Shown one piece after another: positions 55,985 to 64,000 of a DNA stretch of 64,000 nucleotides (the stretch's first letter is position 1; each line of letters starts with the position of its first letter). Under the pieces are notes generated by a model. The model saw nothing but the letters and a program-made list of their open reading frames with translations, did not search any database and was not told the DNA's origin. The position numbers and the translations under genes are program-made. Source of the DNA: the human T2T-CHM13v2.0 reference genome, Homo sapiens; the NCBI RefSeq assembly GCF_009914755.1, contig NC_060945.1; one strand, given 5' to 3'.

Positions 55985-56180
55985 ATAGTGTTTAAGAGCA
56001 CAGACTCTGGATGCAGATTCAGGTTTAAACCCAACCTCTTCTCCCCCTGAAAGCTGTGTGACCTCAGGCAAAATACTTAACCTTTGTGCCTCAGTTTCCT
56101 CATCTATAAAAGAAGATAATAATAGTACCTACCTCACAGGGTTGTTGTGAAGAGTGTCTAGCACTGGATAAGCATTCTAC
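55985..56180 (+). mobile_element. MIR
   Basis: AGCTGTGTGACCTCAGGCAAAATACTTAACCTTTGTGCCTCAGTTTCCTCATCTATAAAAG...ACCTACCTCACAGGGTTGTTGTGA. Confidence 0.8.
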
Positions 56181-56669
56181 ATGGGCATATCAAAATCAGT
56201 CAATCAATAAAACTAAGTTTCTATAGTTTTCAAATTTTCTGCAATACATATGCTGTCGTAGTAAAAAAAAAAAAGTATTTTTAAAATAAATGTTTAGAGT
56301 TGAAGCCTGGATGAATTATAAAATTCTTCCTTTCTCCTCTCATTCCCACTCCCACTTTGGGCAATGACTTGGAGTTCCTGATGTGGGGATGGAAATCTTA
56401 TCTGACTTGGGCAAATGAGCTGTGTCCATGCCACTCCCAAATCAAGAAGTCAAATGCTGACCCCATGTGTATTATGCCACCAAGGGACACTGTCTCTAAG
56501 AGGCACTGAGTCGTGGGCTGTGGCTGGGTGGAAGGAATTGGAGAAGGAAGAGGAGGAAAGAAAGCATTTTGTTTTCTGGAATGAAATGATTTTTCTTCCT
56601 TTTTTAAAAAAAGGCAAGTTTTGAGAACTCTTATTTGTACATCAGAAGGGAAAAGGAGACTTTGGGAGT

Positions 56670-57640
56670 GAATTCATTTCTTCAACAAATATGCATTGAG
56701 TGCCTGCTATGTGCCGGGTTCTGTTTTAAATAAAGGGCCATGATAGTGAATGAAAAAGGCACATGTCCATGGTAGTGAATAAGACGGGGGAGAAAAACAA
56801 TAAACAAGTAAAAAGGAAATGTGAAATATCATGGCAAAAGAAAAGACTGCCGTATTAGTCCATTCTCATGCTGCTACTAAAGACATCCCCAAGACTGGGT
56901 AATTTATAAAGGAAAGAGGTTTAATTGACTCACAGTTCAGCATAGTTGGGGAAGCCTCAGGAAACGTACAATTATGGCAGAAGGGAAAGCAAACATGTCC
57001 TTCTTCACATGGTGGCAGGAAGATATGTGAGCACCAAGTGAAAGGGGAAGCCCCTTATAAAACCATAAGATCTTGTGAGAACTCACTCACTATCACAAGA
57101 AGAGCATGGTGGAAATAGTCCCCTGATCGAATAATCTCCGCCTGGTCCCTTCCACGACATGTTGGGATTATGGAAACTACAATTCAAGATGAGATTTGGG
57201 CGGGGACACAGCCAAACCATATCAACTAAGAAGGAAAATAAAGCAAGGTAAGAGGATGGAAAATGGCCAGTGTGTCCCTTTCCAGAGGGTGGTCCTCAGA
57301 GAGCCATCCCAAGGATGATGATATGTGGGCAGAGAATGAAAGAAGGCAGACACTGTGCCATGCAAGTGTCAGAAGATGTTCCTGAGAGAAGAAAAAGAGA
57401 AAGAATCTGAGATGGGTTTGTGTGTGTCCAAACTAAATAAGAAGAGTTGGAGGCCGGATGGGTCTGAAGGGCAGGTCGTTCAGGAACTGGAGATTGAGTG
57501 GTCTGCAAAGAGGTAAAAGATGAGAAAAGAACGTGAGGCCAGGAAAGGGGCATTGGGCAGGAAGCATGGTGAAGAGGTGCCCAGCATGGCACACATTGAT
57601 TCCAGTTGGCCTGGCCAAAAATGTAGAGTCAGCTGCAGTG
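56670..57640 (-). mobile_element. L2 3' fragment, split by THE1
   Basis: TTCAACAAATATGCATTGAGTGCCTGCTATGTGCCGGG matches the L2 tail. Purine-rich L2 body resumes at 57225. Confidence 0.65.
56851..57224 (-). mobile_element. THE1C/D-like solo LTR
   Basis: GTATTAGTCCATTCTCATGCTGCT...GGGGACACAGCCAAACCATATCA. Confidence 0.9.
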
Positions 57641-57645
57641 GAGCT

Positions 57646-58210
57646 GTGAGATGATTAATTTTAGGTGACCACTTGGCTGAGTTGAGGGATGCTTAGATGG
57701 CTGGTGAAGCATCGTTTCCGGGTATGTCTGTGAGATGTTTCCAGAGGAGACTGGTGTGTGAGTCAGTGGACTGAGGAGGGAGATCCACCCTCCATGTGAG
57801 TTTGCAGCATCCAATTGGTTGAGGGCGTGACTGAAACAAAACGGGCAGAAGAAGCGGGACTGCGTGCTGTCTCTGCTTTCTCTCTCCCTGCTGGAGCAAG
57901 ATGCTTTTTCTCCTCCTGCCTTTGGATGTCAGACACCAGGTTCTTCAGCTCTTGGCCTCTGAGACTTGCACCACAGCCTCCCAGGGCTTTTCAGCCTGAT
58001 TGAGGGCTACCCTAGGGGATTCCTGGTTGTGAGGCTTTGGATTGGGACTGAGCCACATGAATGGCTTCTCTGCTTCTCCAGCCTGCAGTGGGTCTATCAT
58101 GGGATTTTGCCTCTGTGATCATGTGAGCCAATTCCCCCTAATAAATCCCCTTCCATACATCTCACTGATTCAATCAGTAAGATTCAATAAGTAATTCAAT
58201 CTCTAATGCA
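57646..58210 (+). mobile_element. MLT2B-like 5' LTR of an ERVL provirus
   Basis: TGTGAGATGATTAATTTTAGG...TGTCTGTGAGATGTTTCCAGAGGAGA...CTAATAAATCCCC, immediately followed by the ERVL internal start GATTGTGGTACCA. Confidence 0.85.

Positions 58211-64000
<5,790 letters not shown>

Overview
Primate, almost certainly human, non-coding genomic DNA. Most of the window is transposable-element sequence: 12 Alus, L1s of several ages, HAL1, L2/MIR/L3, MaLR and ERVL LTRs, and hAT DNA transposons. I found no intact cellular gene, RNA gene or CRISPR array. The only cellular-gene-derived sequence is a degraded processed pseudogene of YRDC (t6A tRNA-modification enzyme) at 6343-7797, inserted with a target-site duplication (TSD) into a HAL1 element. 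From memory it could be an annotated YRDCP locus such as YRDCP3 on 21q22, but I cannot verify that. Larger structures are a near-full-length ancient L1MB with nested insertions (9430-20590), a full MST LTR-int-LTR provirus (38617-41108), and an ERVL provirus (MLT2B LTR plus gag-pro-pol remnants) from 57646 to the window end, interrupted by a young L1PA2-like insert. I see no evidence of a new multi-gene biological system. The notable signals are mechanistic fossils: a YRDC retrocopy whose 5' end is not the canonical exon 1, an L1 3' transduction, an approximately 100-bp twin-primed L1 with a perfect TSD, and several locally templated insertions. Repeat subfamily names come from recalled consensus sequences and need RepeatMasker/Dfam confirmation. 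Boundaries of old repeats are approximate.
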